IMG/VR virus record: IMGVR_UViG_3300034161_000008
Location: 128,001 to 192,000 of that record
Source of the DNA: a virus
Taxonomy: Duplodnaviria; Caudoviricetes
DNA: 64,000 nucleotides
Direction: 5' to 3' (one strand)
Made by a program: the position numbers and the translations under genes. Numbering within the stretch: the stretch's first letter is position 1; the number at the start of each line of letters is the position of its first letter. Of the stretch, positions 55,037 through 64,000 are shown in pieces. The notes under the pieces are model-generated. The model had not been told where the DNA came from. It saw only the letters and a list, made by a program, of their open reading frames with translations, and searched no databases.

Positions 55037-56143
55037 ATGGCTGACAACAAGTCACCGACCGTTGAGGAAATCCTAGCGGCTAAGTCGCTGGGTACTCCGG
55101 GAGACAACATCGACAAGGCCGGACAACCCGAAGTAGGGCTGGATGCCAACGGGCCATACAAGTCAGGCAGCGGGAACGGCGTAGGCAATATCTCTACCGC
55201 GATCGGTGATAACTTTTTCGGCATAAACCATCGCCAACAACCCAACCCGATCTCCATCAACAGAGACCTGTTCGGGTTAACGTTCTTCACTCGACCAGCA
55301 CTGAACTTGCAAGCGGAAAACATCCGTAACCACCGCAAGCTCAACCCACTGTTGTCCACACAGCCTGACAGTATTCCAAGGATCATTCGCTGCCTACTAG
55401 ACAGACGTTTGGATGGCGCTGGAATCACCAGTCCTTTCGTGGATAACTCACAAGCGTTCATACCTGTACTGACAAACAACCTGCTCTCAATGAGTGGTTG
55501 GCCTGATATGAACACTCCGGTTTTCCAATCCCCCGACGGTGTCTATAAAGAAACCTTCGGCATGGTCGATGGCATTGTCGATAATTACTCGTCATACGAT
55601 ATATCCGCCAACTTCCGGAACATGCCCGGCGACCCCATCACAGCGATGATGATGTACTGGTTGCGTTATATGTCCGCAGTGTTCGAAGGCATCCTCGTAC
55701 CGTACCCTGAGTTCATCATTGAGAACGAAATCGACTACCAAACTCGGATCTACCGACTGGTGCTCGACTACACTCGAACCAAGGTGCAAAAGATCGGTGC
55801 ATGTGGTGCAGCCATCCCAATGGTAGCGCCTACTGGTGCAGCACTGAACTTCGAAGCAGACCGTCCAATCAACAACTCAGCTGACCAGATCAGTCTGAGC
55901 TTTCGTTGCTATGGCGCGATGTACGGGGACGACGTACTGATCGAGGAGTTCAACGACACCGTAGTCCTCTTCAACGACCTGATGAGTGATGCGAACCGTA
56001 AGTCCGAGATGCAACAAGTCCCGATGGCTTACCTCGAAATCTTCAACCACAAAGGTTATCCTCGCATCAACCCAGCCAACTACAACTTGGAATGGTACGT
56101 GATGAAAGACGAGTATAAACTCATGGCTCCGAAACTTACCTAA
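55037..56143 (+). CDS. Virion structural protein (phiKZ gp88-like)
   Basis: GLTFFTRPALNL, NNLLSMSGWPD, DYQTRIYRLVLD; inverted pair with the next gene as in phiKZ. Confidence 0.75.
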   Translation: MADNKSPTVEEILAAKSLGTPGDNIDKAGQPEVGLDANGPYKSGSGNGVGNISTAIGDNFFGINHRQQPNPISINRDLFGLTFFTRPALNLQAENIRNHRKLNPLLSTQPDSIPRIIRCLLDRRLDGAGITSPFVDNSQAFIPVLTNNLLSMSGWPDMNTPVFQSPDGVYKETFGMVDGIVDNYSSYDISANFRNMPGDPITAMMMYWLRYMSAVFEGILVPYPEFIIENEIDYQTRIYRLVLDYTRTKVQKIGACGAAIPMVAPTGAALNFEADRPINNSADQISLSFRCYGAMYGDDVLIEEFNDTVVLFNDLMSDANRKSEMQQVPMAYLEIFNHKGYPRINPANYNLEWYVMKDEYKLMAPKLT

Positions 56144-56156
56144 GGCGACCTTTACA

Positions 56157-59072
56157 ATGGCTACCACAGTTGCCCAGCTGCTCCAGAACCTTGATGCAGT
56201 ACGCTACAACCCCTCCAGCATTCAGCGCGGCGTTTACGCGACTCTGGACAGCATCAACGACGGTTCTAAAGTCGTAGTCGATGCCACCAACCCACTGGCA
56301 TTCGGATTGGACGCAGCAGCGTGCATGACCGCAGCATTCTGCATCGAGAACGCCACCAACAACCGTGCACAATATCCATCAGTCGCACAGACGTGGGACG
56401 ATCTCTATCGTCACGCTTCCGACAAAGATTACCTCAACCGTTTCTCTGGCCCATCACGCACCACAATGTCTTTGCTCCTCAGCAAGGACGAAGTGATCTC
56501 CCGTGCCATCCAGACAGACAACCCAAACATCAAGAAGCTGGTGATCCCACGCAACACGGTATTCACCGTAGCGGACACAGACTTCTCGATGCAGTATCCA
56601 ATCGAGCTGCGAGTGATGTCACACGGAGGCCTACAGATCGTTTACGACGGTGACGTAACCTCCCCACTCCAAGCACTGGTCAGCAACGTAGTGCCCGTCA
56701 CGGAAGTCTCCAACTCCGGGATGCAATGGCTCAAGCTCGACATCGCCGTCAACCAGTTCAACGTCCTCTCCCGCCAAGGAGCACTGAACGCTGCAACCGG
56801 TTACAAAGCCACGATCGTATTGCAAGATCTCTACTACTACACACGAGTCTATATCGAGGATTCCAAAGGCAACTGGAACGAGATCCGAACCACCCATTCC
56901 GACCAGATATACGACATCCTAACCCCCACCGCAGTCCTCAAAGTAGTAGACCAAACACTCACCGTTGAGATCCCGCAAATCTACACCACCACCCTCAGTC
57001 TTAATGCAGGCATTCGTATCGATGCTTACCAGACTAAGGGACCGTTAGACATGATCCTCAACGACTATGACTTCGATCGCTTCAAGGCAACGTTCCTTGC
57101 CATAGACTCAGCCGATGACAACCAGTACGTCGCTCCACTCAAAACGTTCCACAACATCGCAGTGTTCTCTCGTGATGTAGTAACGGGTGGTAACCTCGGT
57201 CTGACCTTTGAACAGTTCCGCGATCGCATCATGAAGAACGCAACTGGTTCAGTCACCATTCCAATCACCAACGCACAGATCGAAGCTGAGTTAGTAGACG
57301 CTGGTTACAGTGTGGTTAAGAACATCGACAACATTACTAACCGCGTGTTCCTCGCCACTCGCTCACTCCCTCCACCCACCGTAGTAGATACAAACGTGGT
57401 GACAGGAGCTGCATGCTCAATCGAAACTCTGTCACTTAACTTCAACGACGTAACACTCCTAGACTCGGTGATTGACAACGGGGAGCGGATCACGATCACT
57501 CCTGACACGTTGTACCGAAACCAAGGAGGCGTGATCAAATTCCTCTCTAACCAAGAGACGGATCAGATCCTCGCACAACCGATTGACACACGTGCACAGA
57601 CGGTGACTAACGGATCGTTTTTGTACACTCCCCTCCACTATGTGCTTGATACTACAGGAGATACCTTCGACTCCCGGCCGTACTACCTTGATTCGCCCGT
57701 AGTAGACGCCAAGAGTTTCGTAGGTGAGAACGATACTACCCTCCTGCAAGTCGGCACAGACTCCTACAGCCTCGATCGTGTTCCAACCGGATACCGCCTA
57801 AGGGTTGTCACTGTGTCCAACACAGACTTCCAGGCGCTGTCTGACAGCGAGGTGTTTGCACAAATGTCTTTCATCCCACCAGGAGAAAAAGACTACGCTT
57901 ACCTGTTGGGTTCCTACTACGGGAAGACTGACAGTGGTGAACGAGTGTTCGACTTTATGTTGGACACACGCTTCGATGTGGATTCGTTGGATCAGTTGGT
58001 GTTCAACTCTTTCCTGATGTACGGGGACGAACCGAAGAAGACTCCGACGCAACTCTCGACAACCTTCAACATCCTTTGGGCAACCTCTGCTGTGATGCCT
58101 GATGGTTACGTTGCAGGTCAAGGTGGTGTGGATGAATTGCTCGGTGCTTTCCAATTGCCTGCTCGTATCGCTGGGGTGACGCATGAGACAATGTCTGTTA
58201 CTTTTGGTAGTGCTCTGGATACTCTGTGGGCCCGTAGTCGTTCGGTGATTGACTCCGTTCCTTACAAGCGTTGGGAAGTGGATGTTCCATGGACGTACGA
58301 CGCTGACGTGTATCTGCCATTCCCTGATGGCAGTACGGTACAGATTGTTGATGGGGTTGCTACCTACAACAAGGTTCACTCTGCTGGTGACTTTGTGTTG
58401 GACGACAATGGTGACAAGACGTACCAGTATCGTATCGGCGACACCATGACAGATGCCAGTGGTCAACCGATCCCTGCCTCTACTCGTGGCATGACTCGTC
58501 AGTGCGATATGTTGTTCATCGAAGGCGCTTACTGGTTTGCAACTGAGGCCAGTACACTCACTTACCGTAAAGCGATTACCACTCTGTTGGTGTCGTGGTT
58601 GGTGAATGACTTTGAGACAATGAACGAGAAACTCCTAGAGCAGACTCGACTGTATTTCTACCCTAACTCGACTATGGGCAACATTGATGTCATGATCTTG
58701 GATGGGCTGGTAACTACCATTGAGGCTGGTCAGCGTTTCACTCTGACTCTCTCTGTCTCTGAGACGGTTGACCGTAACGATGAGCTTAAAGCCAAGCTTG
58801 AGCGCACTGCTATTAAAACCATTCAGGAACAACTGAGCCAACCTCTCGTTGCTCACTCTCTGATCGTAGATGCCCTCCAGGACATTCTGGGGAGTGACAT
58901 CAAAGGGCTGACTCTGACGATGCTGGGTGACGCTCAGAACATCGCTGTGGCCACCGTAATGGACGACACTACTCGTCTGGGTATCCGCAAGCGTCTGGCA
59001 GCATTGCCTGACGATACACTCGTCGTGCAAGACGACGTGACTGTTGATTTCATCCGACACGAAATCAAGTAA
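56157..59072 (+). CDS. Baseplate wedge-like protein (phiKZ gp87-like, 971 aa)
   Basis: RYNPSSIQR start, DATNPLAF, YPSVAQTWDDLYRHASD, LVIPRNT; size and synteny. Confidence 0.75.
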   Translation: MATTVAQLLQNLDAVRYNPSSIQRGVYATLDSINDGSKVVVDATNPLAFGLDAAACMTAAFCIENATNNRAQYPSVAQTWDDLYRHASDKDYLNRFSGPSRTTMSLLLSKDEVISRAIQTDNPNIKKLVIPRNTVFTVADTDFSMQYPIELRVMSHGGLQIVYDGDVTSPLQALVSNVVPVTEVSNSGMQWLKLDIAVNQFNVLSRQGALNAATGYKATIVLQDLYYYTRVYIEDSKGNWNEIRTTHSDQIYDILTPTAVLKVVDQTLTVEIPQIYTTTLSLNAGIRIDAYQTKGPLDMILNDYDFDRFKATFLAIDSADDNQYVAPLKTFHNIAVFSRDVVTGGNLGLTFEQFRDRIMKNATGSVTIPITNAQIEAELVDAGYSVVKNIDNITNRVFLATRSLPPPTVVDTNVVTGAACSIETLSLNFNDVTLLDSVIDNGERITITPDTLYRNQGGVIKFLSNQETDQILAQPIDTRAQTVTNGSFLYTPLHYVLDTTGDTFDSRPYYLDSPVVDAKSFVGENDTTLLQVGTDSYSLDRVPTGYRLRVVTVSNTDFQALSDSEVFAQMSFIPPGEKDYAYLLGSYYGKTDSGERVFDFMLDTRFDVDSLDQLVFNSFLMYGDEPKKTPTQLSTTFNILWATSAVMPDGYVAGQGGVDELLGAFQLPARIAGVTHETMSVTFGSALDTLWARSRSVIDSVPYKRWEVDVPWTYDADVYLPFPDGSTVQIVDGVATYNKVHSAGDFVLDDNGDKTYQYRIGDTMTDASGQPIPASTRGMTRQCDMLFIEGAYWFATEASTLTYRKAITTLLVSWLVNDFETMNEKLLEQTRLYFYPNSTMGNIDVMILDGLVTTIEAGQRFTLTLSVSETVDRNDELKAKLERTAIKTIQEQLSQPLVAHSLIVDALQDILGSDIKGLTLTMLGDAQNIAVATVMDDTTRLGIRKRLAALPDDTLVVQDDVTVDFIRHEIK

Positions 59073-59074
59073 CA

Positions 59075-59130
59075 GCATAGAACCCTCCTACCCCTTGACT
59101 AACGTCTTGGAGTGGGAGGGTTCTTTATGC
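59075..59130. terminator. Bidirectional terminator between convergent genes
   Basis: GCATAGAACCCTCC...GGGAGGGTTCTTTATGC. Confidence 0.75.
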
Positions 59131-59137
59131 CGCAGTG

Positions 59138-60466
59138 TTACTTCTTCTTTTTGAGCTCTTTGAGTTTGTCTTTAAGCTTCTTGACAGACTCAGGCAACTC
59201 CGTCCCAGCGTTCTTGCAACGTGACTCCATCTCACGCACCAAGTCTTCCTGCACCAACACAGCTTCGGTGACCAGTTTCTGCATCATGGTAGAAGCCCCC
59301 ATGATGATCTTGTACACACGAACCAACGCAGTGACCTCCTGCATCATGAACGCCATGCACTGACGGATCTCCTTACCACGCTCCAGAGACAAACCACCAA
59401 TCTTGTCATCGTGGTCACCCGAGTACAGCTTCTCTTTGGCAGCCAAGGACGTATGCAGTGCGTCCATGTTGTCATCAAGCTCACTACGGTCTTTCAAGGT
59501 CTTCACCAAACCTTGGTTGTCCATAGCACGAGACAACTCAGTCAGAGCACGGTCCCAGTTGTCACCCAGCTTGTGGGGTTGAGCAGCTTTGATCGTGAAG
59601 TGGTCATCCAACTCCTTAGCCACATCCACAATGTTGCCTTTAAGCTTCTCACTCCACACCACAGCAATAGGAATCATGATCTGGCGAGTGTTCATCGACG
59701 TACGGTTATCCGTAGTGATGTCATCCGACCCAGTATCATTGCTGATGGTCTGGTTCAGCAGCATGACCTTGTTCTTGAACATGCCATTGGCCTTGTCAAT
59801 ACCACGACAGACCTTCTCAAGCTCACGAGCCAATGCCCCATGGTTGAGCAAGTCACTGACCAGCTCATTCTGGTTACGCAAGAAGTCGTAGATCTTGGTA
59901 TCACGACGAATAGCCATGTCACGAGCCACGGTATCGAGCGTATCGCCATCACTGGTCTTGTCATGCTGCACGTCTTCCATGATGCGCTTGACTTGATCGA
60001 TGGTCTCACTCGAAGACTCGTGCTTAGTAGCGATGTCACCACCACTGCCAGCACTGCCATCAGCATCATCACCACCACGACCACGGAACCAACTGATCAA
60101 CTTCCACAGCAAAGCCAGTGCAGCAGCAATGCCCGCAGCAATCAGAGCCCACATGCCCTTAGAGACTTCCTCCAACGCTACCTTCAAGCGAGTAGCACTG
60201 ATGTCCTTGGAGTAATAGCCCAATGGCACGCGATCAGTAATCAGATAGCCAGGCACAATCGCCTCAGCTTCCAATGCAAAGCGCTGACACATGCCCCCAG
60301 CACGTTCAATGTCCTCTGCTACACGAGTGAGGTCCAACACCTGCTCTTCGAATGCCACGACAATCTTAATGTCGGCATCCAACTCAGGCAACTCACCAGC
60401 AATGATAGGCTCCTCGAAGACCTGTTCATTCTCCAGCTCGTACCCGTCATTCAGACTGACGTCCAT
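59138..60466 (-). CDS. Head protein paralog A (phiKZ gp86-like) with post-cleavage TM helix
   Basis: KVALE-EVSKGMWALIAAGIAAALALLWKLISWF then Gly/Asp/Ser linker. Confidence 0.72.
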   Translation of the reverse strand: MDVSLNDGYELENEQVFEEPIIAGELPELDADIKIVVAFEEQVLDLTRVAEDIERAGGMCQRFALEAEAIVPGYLITDRVPLGYYSKDISATRLKVALEEVSKGMWALIAAGIAAALALLWKLISWFRGRGGDDADGSAGSGGDIATKHESSSETIDQVKRIMEDVQHDKTSDGDTLDTVARDMAIRRDTKIYDFLRNQNELVSDLLNHGALARELEKVCRGIDKANGMFKNKVMLLNQTISNDTGSDDITTDNRTSMNTRQIMIPIAVVWSEKLKGNIVDVAKELDDHFTIKAAQPHKLGDNWDRALTELSRAMDNQGLVKTLKDRSELDDNMDALHTSLAAKEKLYSGDHDDKIGGLSLERGKEIRQCMAFMMQEVTALVRVYKIIMGASTMMQKLVTEAVLVQEDLVREMESRCKNAGTELPESVKKLKDKLKELKKKK

Positions 60467-60712
60467 AGATGTTCCTTAAGAAGTTTTTCCAGAGAGTTGA
60501 AATATCGAGTCTTGGGTTTTAGGTCTAAAAGGGTGTTTTAGCACCTCCCTCTTTTACCCCACCCCCCTTGTTGGCCGGGACCCAAAACAGGCTTTGACAA
60601 CCTATGAGTTTTTTTCAGAAAAAGGTCTTTATCGCCCCACTAAGCAAAAGCTCTTGACTTATGCCCGCCCGTGCTTCGCGTCAGCATTAGGCCCCATTAA
60701 GAAACTGTTTAG

Positions 60713-60754
60713 AAAAAAACCCTTAAAAGCGTAGGGGAGCACGCTCCCCATCGC
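60713..60754 (-). terminator. Probable terminator after paralog B
   Basis: GCGATGGGGAGC-GT-GCTCCCCTACGC followed by TTTT and T7. Confidence 0.6.
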
Positions 60755-60779
60755 ATTCGCTACAGTAGACAGTGCCCCC

Positions 60780-62165
60780 TTACTTACGACCCGGCTTGGT
60801 GTTGTCGATAGCCTTCTTCAAAGCTTCCGATACTTCCTTGCCATCCTTCTTCAAAGCAGCAGCAGAGGCACGCAGTACAGCGTGGGTGTGTACCACACCT
60901 TGCTGGAGCACTGTGGCCATCTCGTTGAAGTTGGAGATGATCAAGGCGTTCAGTCGCAGGAACGAAGTCATCCACGCCAGATACTCTTTGTAAGCTGTAC
61001 GGGTGGCAGTCTCTGCGTTGTGGCGTGCCGCCAGATAGGCGCTGTCTGGGGCCTTACCGATGCCTAGGAGCGACTTAGCGCCTGCGGCTTTGCCAGCGTC
61101 AGACTTGTCGGTCAAATCGGCGTGTGGGCTCTTGGAGGCTTCACGGTCGATGAAGGGCTGGACTTTCTCACGCAGCATCTTGTCGGCAGACTTCGCTGCC
61201 TCCAACCCCTCAGACATGTCTCCGATCATTGCGAACAAAGGTTCGATAGTCCCTTCGTTGGAATAGATTCGAGCGATGTTCTTGTGGTGGGTGCGCAGGT
61301 CAGACTTGCTGAAGGTGCGGTGTGAGTTTTTCCAGCCGTCGGTCTCGGCGTAGAAACGTTCGATGAACTGCTTGAGGGTGTAACTGTTGACTACGGCTTT
61401 AGTGCCTTTGAGTCCGCCAATCACCACCGAGAGTTTACCGATTTCTTCAAAGCCTTCTTTGGAGATGAACTTGCCTTCGGCTTCCCCGGCGTCAATGGTT
61501 TCCCATGCCCCGACCAAACTCCCCACAGCTTCCGCTACAGTGCCAGAGTTTTGGTGGACCATGCCCAAGTGATCCATGGCCTCTTCCATCAGCTTGCCGA
61601 ATTCGGATTTCTCCATGCAGCACTGGAATTGGAATTCGGTCAGACCTTTGATTTGGGCTTCGACGACTTCTTTGACTTCTGCGGAGTTCTCAACGTCACG
61701 GATCTCGACGGAAGGATTGTTGATAGTCTCCTCCACGGTATCGGCAGATTGAGCGATCGTAGCTTTTACAGCTTCGACCTTCTTCTCCACTTTCTCGATC
61801 GGACTACCACCTCCGCCACCACCGCCCCCGCCTCCGGAACCACCACCATCAAACCAACCGAGCATCTTGCCGATCAGTGCGATTGCAGCAGCCACTGCCA
61901 GTGCGAGCAAAGCCCAGAAGCCGTCAGAGACTTCTTCCAGTGCTACGCTTGCAGCAGCGGTTTCTACCGCACGGTGACGACGAGAGAATGGACGATGCGA
62001 CTCCATTGCAGTCACGACGCGGGAGACTTGAAACTCGAAGCCGTCTTCAGCAGCCAGAGCCGCCGTTTCGATTTCTTCGAACGGATACTCGAGGTCGACT
62101 TCTTTTACGATGCCCTCCCCCCGGTACTCGTGATCATGCTCCAATGCAAGTTGTAGGTTGATCAT
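60780..62165 (-). CDS. Head protein paralog B with post-cleavage TM helix and poly-Gly linker
   Basis: SVALE-EVSDGFWALLALAVAAAIALIGKMLGWF-DGGGSGGGGGGGGGS. Confidence 0.72.
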   Translation of the reverse strand: MINLQLALEHDHEYRGEGIVKEVDLEYPFEEIETAALAAEDGFEFQVSRVVTAMESHRPFSRRHRAVETAAASVALEEVSDGFWALLALAVAAAIALIGKMLGWFDGGGSGGGGGGGGGGSPIEKVEKKVEAVKATIAQSADTVEETINNPSVEIRDVENSAEVKEVVEAQIKGLTEFQFQCCMEKSEFGKLMEEAMDHLGMVHQNSGTVAEAVGSLVGAWETIDAGEAEGKFISKEGFEEIGKLSVVIGGLKGTKAVVNSYTLKQFIERFYAETDGWKNSHRTFSKSDLRTHHKNIARIYSNEGTIEPLFAMIGDMSEGLEAAKSADKMLREKVQPFIDREASKSPHADLTDKSDAGKAAGAKSLLGIGKAPDSAYLAARHNAETATRTAYKEYLAWMTSFLRLNALIISNFNEMATVLQQGVVHTHAVLRASAAALKKDGKEVSEALKKAIDNTKPGRK

Positions 62166-63457
62166 TTTTTCTTTTCCAGAGACTTGATAGCGTCATTGAA
62201 ATACTCAGGTACTTCATGACCCTTCGACTTGAGGAGGGTGCGGGCTTCGATCAAGATCTGACGCAGAGACGTCGAGAGGAACATCACGAACTTCGCATGC
62301 CGTTGAGCGGACCAGATGGTCAGGTGTACGTAACTGCCCAGAGCACGCAGAGACTTACATGTCTGCATGATGAACTTCTGCGATTCCTGTACCAACGCTT
62401 TGGAGTCTTCTTCAGTGCCGGGACCACTCACGCCATGACGTACGGTGTCGTGGCGTTTAGCCAGAGTCTTGGCATCGTGTGCCAAGTTCTCGAGGATGTC
62501 CCCGTTACGCTTGAGCAACTCTTTGAAGAAATCGCAAGACTTCTCGCCATGCTGCACGAACGCACGAGACATTGCTGTAAAGTCACTGAGACGTTTAATC
62601 TCCAGCGGCTTGTCAGCGTTGGCTTCGCGATGGTTCACCAACATCTGCACGTATTCGGTAAACGGCAGACCCTCGTCCCAATCCTGACCCACTACGCGGT
62701 TCTCGCGCAGTCGAACGATTGCAGAAGCAACGCTCTTGTAGTCTGGAGTGGAGCGGTCAAACTCGTCGGCGATACGGTTGGAGTCAGCCAATGCAATCTT
62801 GAGCATTGTGTTGGCAGTTGGTGCAAGGTTCTCGTCAGACTTCAGGAAGGCATAAAGACCATGCTGGTTAAGCATGTCGACGTCGAGCTGGGAGAAGTGA
62901 GCCAAACCTGTGTGAGCGTGAGACGCCATGTCTTCTTGAGCAACGTGCGTGCCGGAGAAATGTGCGGTGAGAGCTTCTTCCAACGCCTTGAGTTCTTCAC
63001 CCGAGGCCTTAGCGATTGCGTCGGTGCTCGACGAGGCAGCCACGTGCGCTTTAAGGGCGTCATCGTTCGCTTTGAGGGCTTTCTCTAGGCCAGGCAAATC
63101 TGCGCCTCCAGAGCGCCCTGAGGAGCTTGAGGAGTCACCACCGACGAGGGCAAAGATCAAAGTAATCACTGCGGCAAAAGCAGCAGCAATAGCAACAGCG
63201 ATCGCAGCCCACATCCCACGGGAGATCTCCTCCAGCGAAACGCGGTACTGTGATTTAGAAGGTGTAGCACTGAAGTAGCCGATTGGACGAGACGGTTTCA
63301 GAAAGCCGGGCATCAACTGCTCGGCTTCCAGTGCCATACCTTGAGAAACCCCACGCACCGAAGTGATCCGGCGCGAGAGGCGATTCAAGTTGTCCAAACT
63401 CTCTTCGAGTGCGATAGCTACCGACTCAAGACCAAGGTCTTCTAAGAGAGTTCGCAT
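62162..63457 (-). CDS. Head protein paralog C with post-cleavage TM helix
   Basis: RVSLE-EISRGMWAAIAVAIAAAFAAVITLIFALV-GGDSSSSSG. Confidence 0.72.
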   Translation of the reverse strand: MRTLLEDLGLESVAIALEESLDNLNRLSRRITSVRGVSQGMALEAEQLMPGFLKPSRPIGYFSATPSKSQYRVSLEEISRGMWAAIAVAIAAAFAAVITLIFALVGGDSSSSSGRSGGADLPGLEKALKANDDALKAHVAASSSTDAIAKASGEELKALEEALTAHFSGTHVAQEDMASHAHTGLAHFSQLDVDMLNQHGLYAFLKSDENLAPTANTMLKIALADSNRIADEFDRSTPDYKSVASAIVRLRENRVVGQDWDEGLPFTEYVQMLVNHREANADKPLEIKRLSDFTAMSRAFVQHGEKSCDFFKELLKRNGDILENLAHDAKTLAKRHDTVRHGVSGPGTEEDSKALVQESQKFIMQTCKSLRALGSYVHLTIWSAQRHAKFVMFLSTSLRQILIEARTLLKSKGHEVPEYFNDAIKSLEKKK

Positions 63458-63460
63458 GAC

Positions 63461-63934
63461 TTAGTACCCCGGTGGTGTGTTGCGGGATACTTCGGCAGTC
63501 ATCGAGGCAGTCACTTCCAGAGAAAGGATTGCCAGTGCCACGCGGTTGCCTTCGAGCAGTGCACGGCCGTCGCTGGAGATCAGCGTCGAGGCGTTGAAGT
63601 AGCTTTCGAAGAACGTACCGGTGTCGCCGCCGTAGTAGGCGTGTGGTTGTGGATGCGCAGCGTAGTAGCGAACCAGCCACAGGTTGCGAGTCCATTCCAG
63701 CGCGTCCTTGCAGTCCAGGACGATGTTCTCGTTGATGTTGCCTACCGCGTCACGTACACCAGCAAGGTTCTGCATGTTGTAGAAGTTGGTAGGGTCTTCA
63801 ACCACCGAGCTCGGCAGGGCGATTTCGCGGGACAAAGCAATGCCCACGGCAGCAGCCAATACACGGGCACGGGAGGTCACGTCAGGCAAGGCTTCCTGAA
63901 TGCGGGCAGACAGCGAGAGGAACGAGGTATTCAT
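63461..63934 (-). CDS. Conserved virion protein (phiKZ gp85-like by synteny)
   Basis: 157 aa; ATGA coupling. Confidence 0.65.
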   Translation of the reverse strand: MNTSFLSLSARIQEALPDVTSRARVLAAAVGIALSREIALPSSVVEDPTNFYNMQNLAGVRDAVGNINENIVLDCKDALEWTRNLWLVRYYAAHPQPHAYYGGDTGTFFESYFNASTLISSDGRALLEGNRVALAILSLEVTASMTAEVSRNTPPGY

Positions 63935-64000
63935 TTCAAGAAATCCTTGAGTTGGTTGGCTTTGTCGAAGAGCTCACTGGCTGCGATGGCTTCGAGGTCT
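63931..64000 (-). CDS. 3' end of a gene entering from the right edge (...DLEAIAASELFDKANQLKDFLK)
   Basis: Open frame ending in TGA that overlaps the next ATG. Confidence 0.6.
   Translation of the reverse strand, partial: DLEAIAASELFDKANQLKDFLK

Noticed and set aside
1-64000. CRISPR array, tRNA, rRNA, integrase, transposase, intron or intein
   Set aside because: No regularly spaced repeats, cloverleaf or catalytic motifs seen by eye; thyA, folA and tmk are uninterrupted. A tRNAscan or cmsearch run would be needed to exclude small RNAs.

Overview
64 kb from a phiKZ-like (nucleus-forming, Chimalliviridae-type) jumbo myophage. The call rests on recalled phiKZ gene order and motifs, not a database search. 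The host is probably a Pseudomonas-like proteobacterium (weak evidence). Layout: (i) 1-21.4 kb is a minus-strand early/accessory region with thymidylate synthase, DHFR, a Nudix-like phosphoesterase, a BCS1-like AAA ATPase, an HD hydrolase, NTase-like and Arr-like ADP-ribosyltransferase genes, and many small orphans. (ii) 21.5-25.5 kb holds a long/short tail-fibre paralog pair plus DUF1353. (iii) 25.7-39.6 kb is a mostly plus-strand array of about 13 paralogous virion fibre/adaptor genes interleaved with five lectin-like beta-sandwich genes. (iv) 39.8-44.7 kb is accessory, with a Tad2/DUF2829-like protein and dTMP kinase. (v) 44.7-64 kb is the conserved virion block: tail/baseplate genes, internal head proteins with S/A/G-x-E protease sites, and three paralogs with a hidden transmembrane helix. 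Most interesting: a repeated lectin + adaptor two-gene module with one natural fusion; triplicated head proteins whose cleavage would expose an N-terminal TM helix; a stand-alone terminase N-terminal-like fragment; a multi-repeat Tad2-like protein; a gene bracketed by 36-bp direct repeats; a candidate ~105-nt sRNA; and an unusual 313-bp non-coding island. No tRNA, rRNA, CRISPR array, integrase or transposase was seen by eye.
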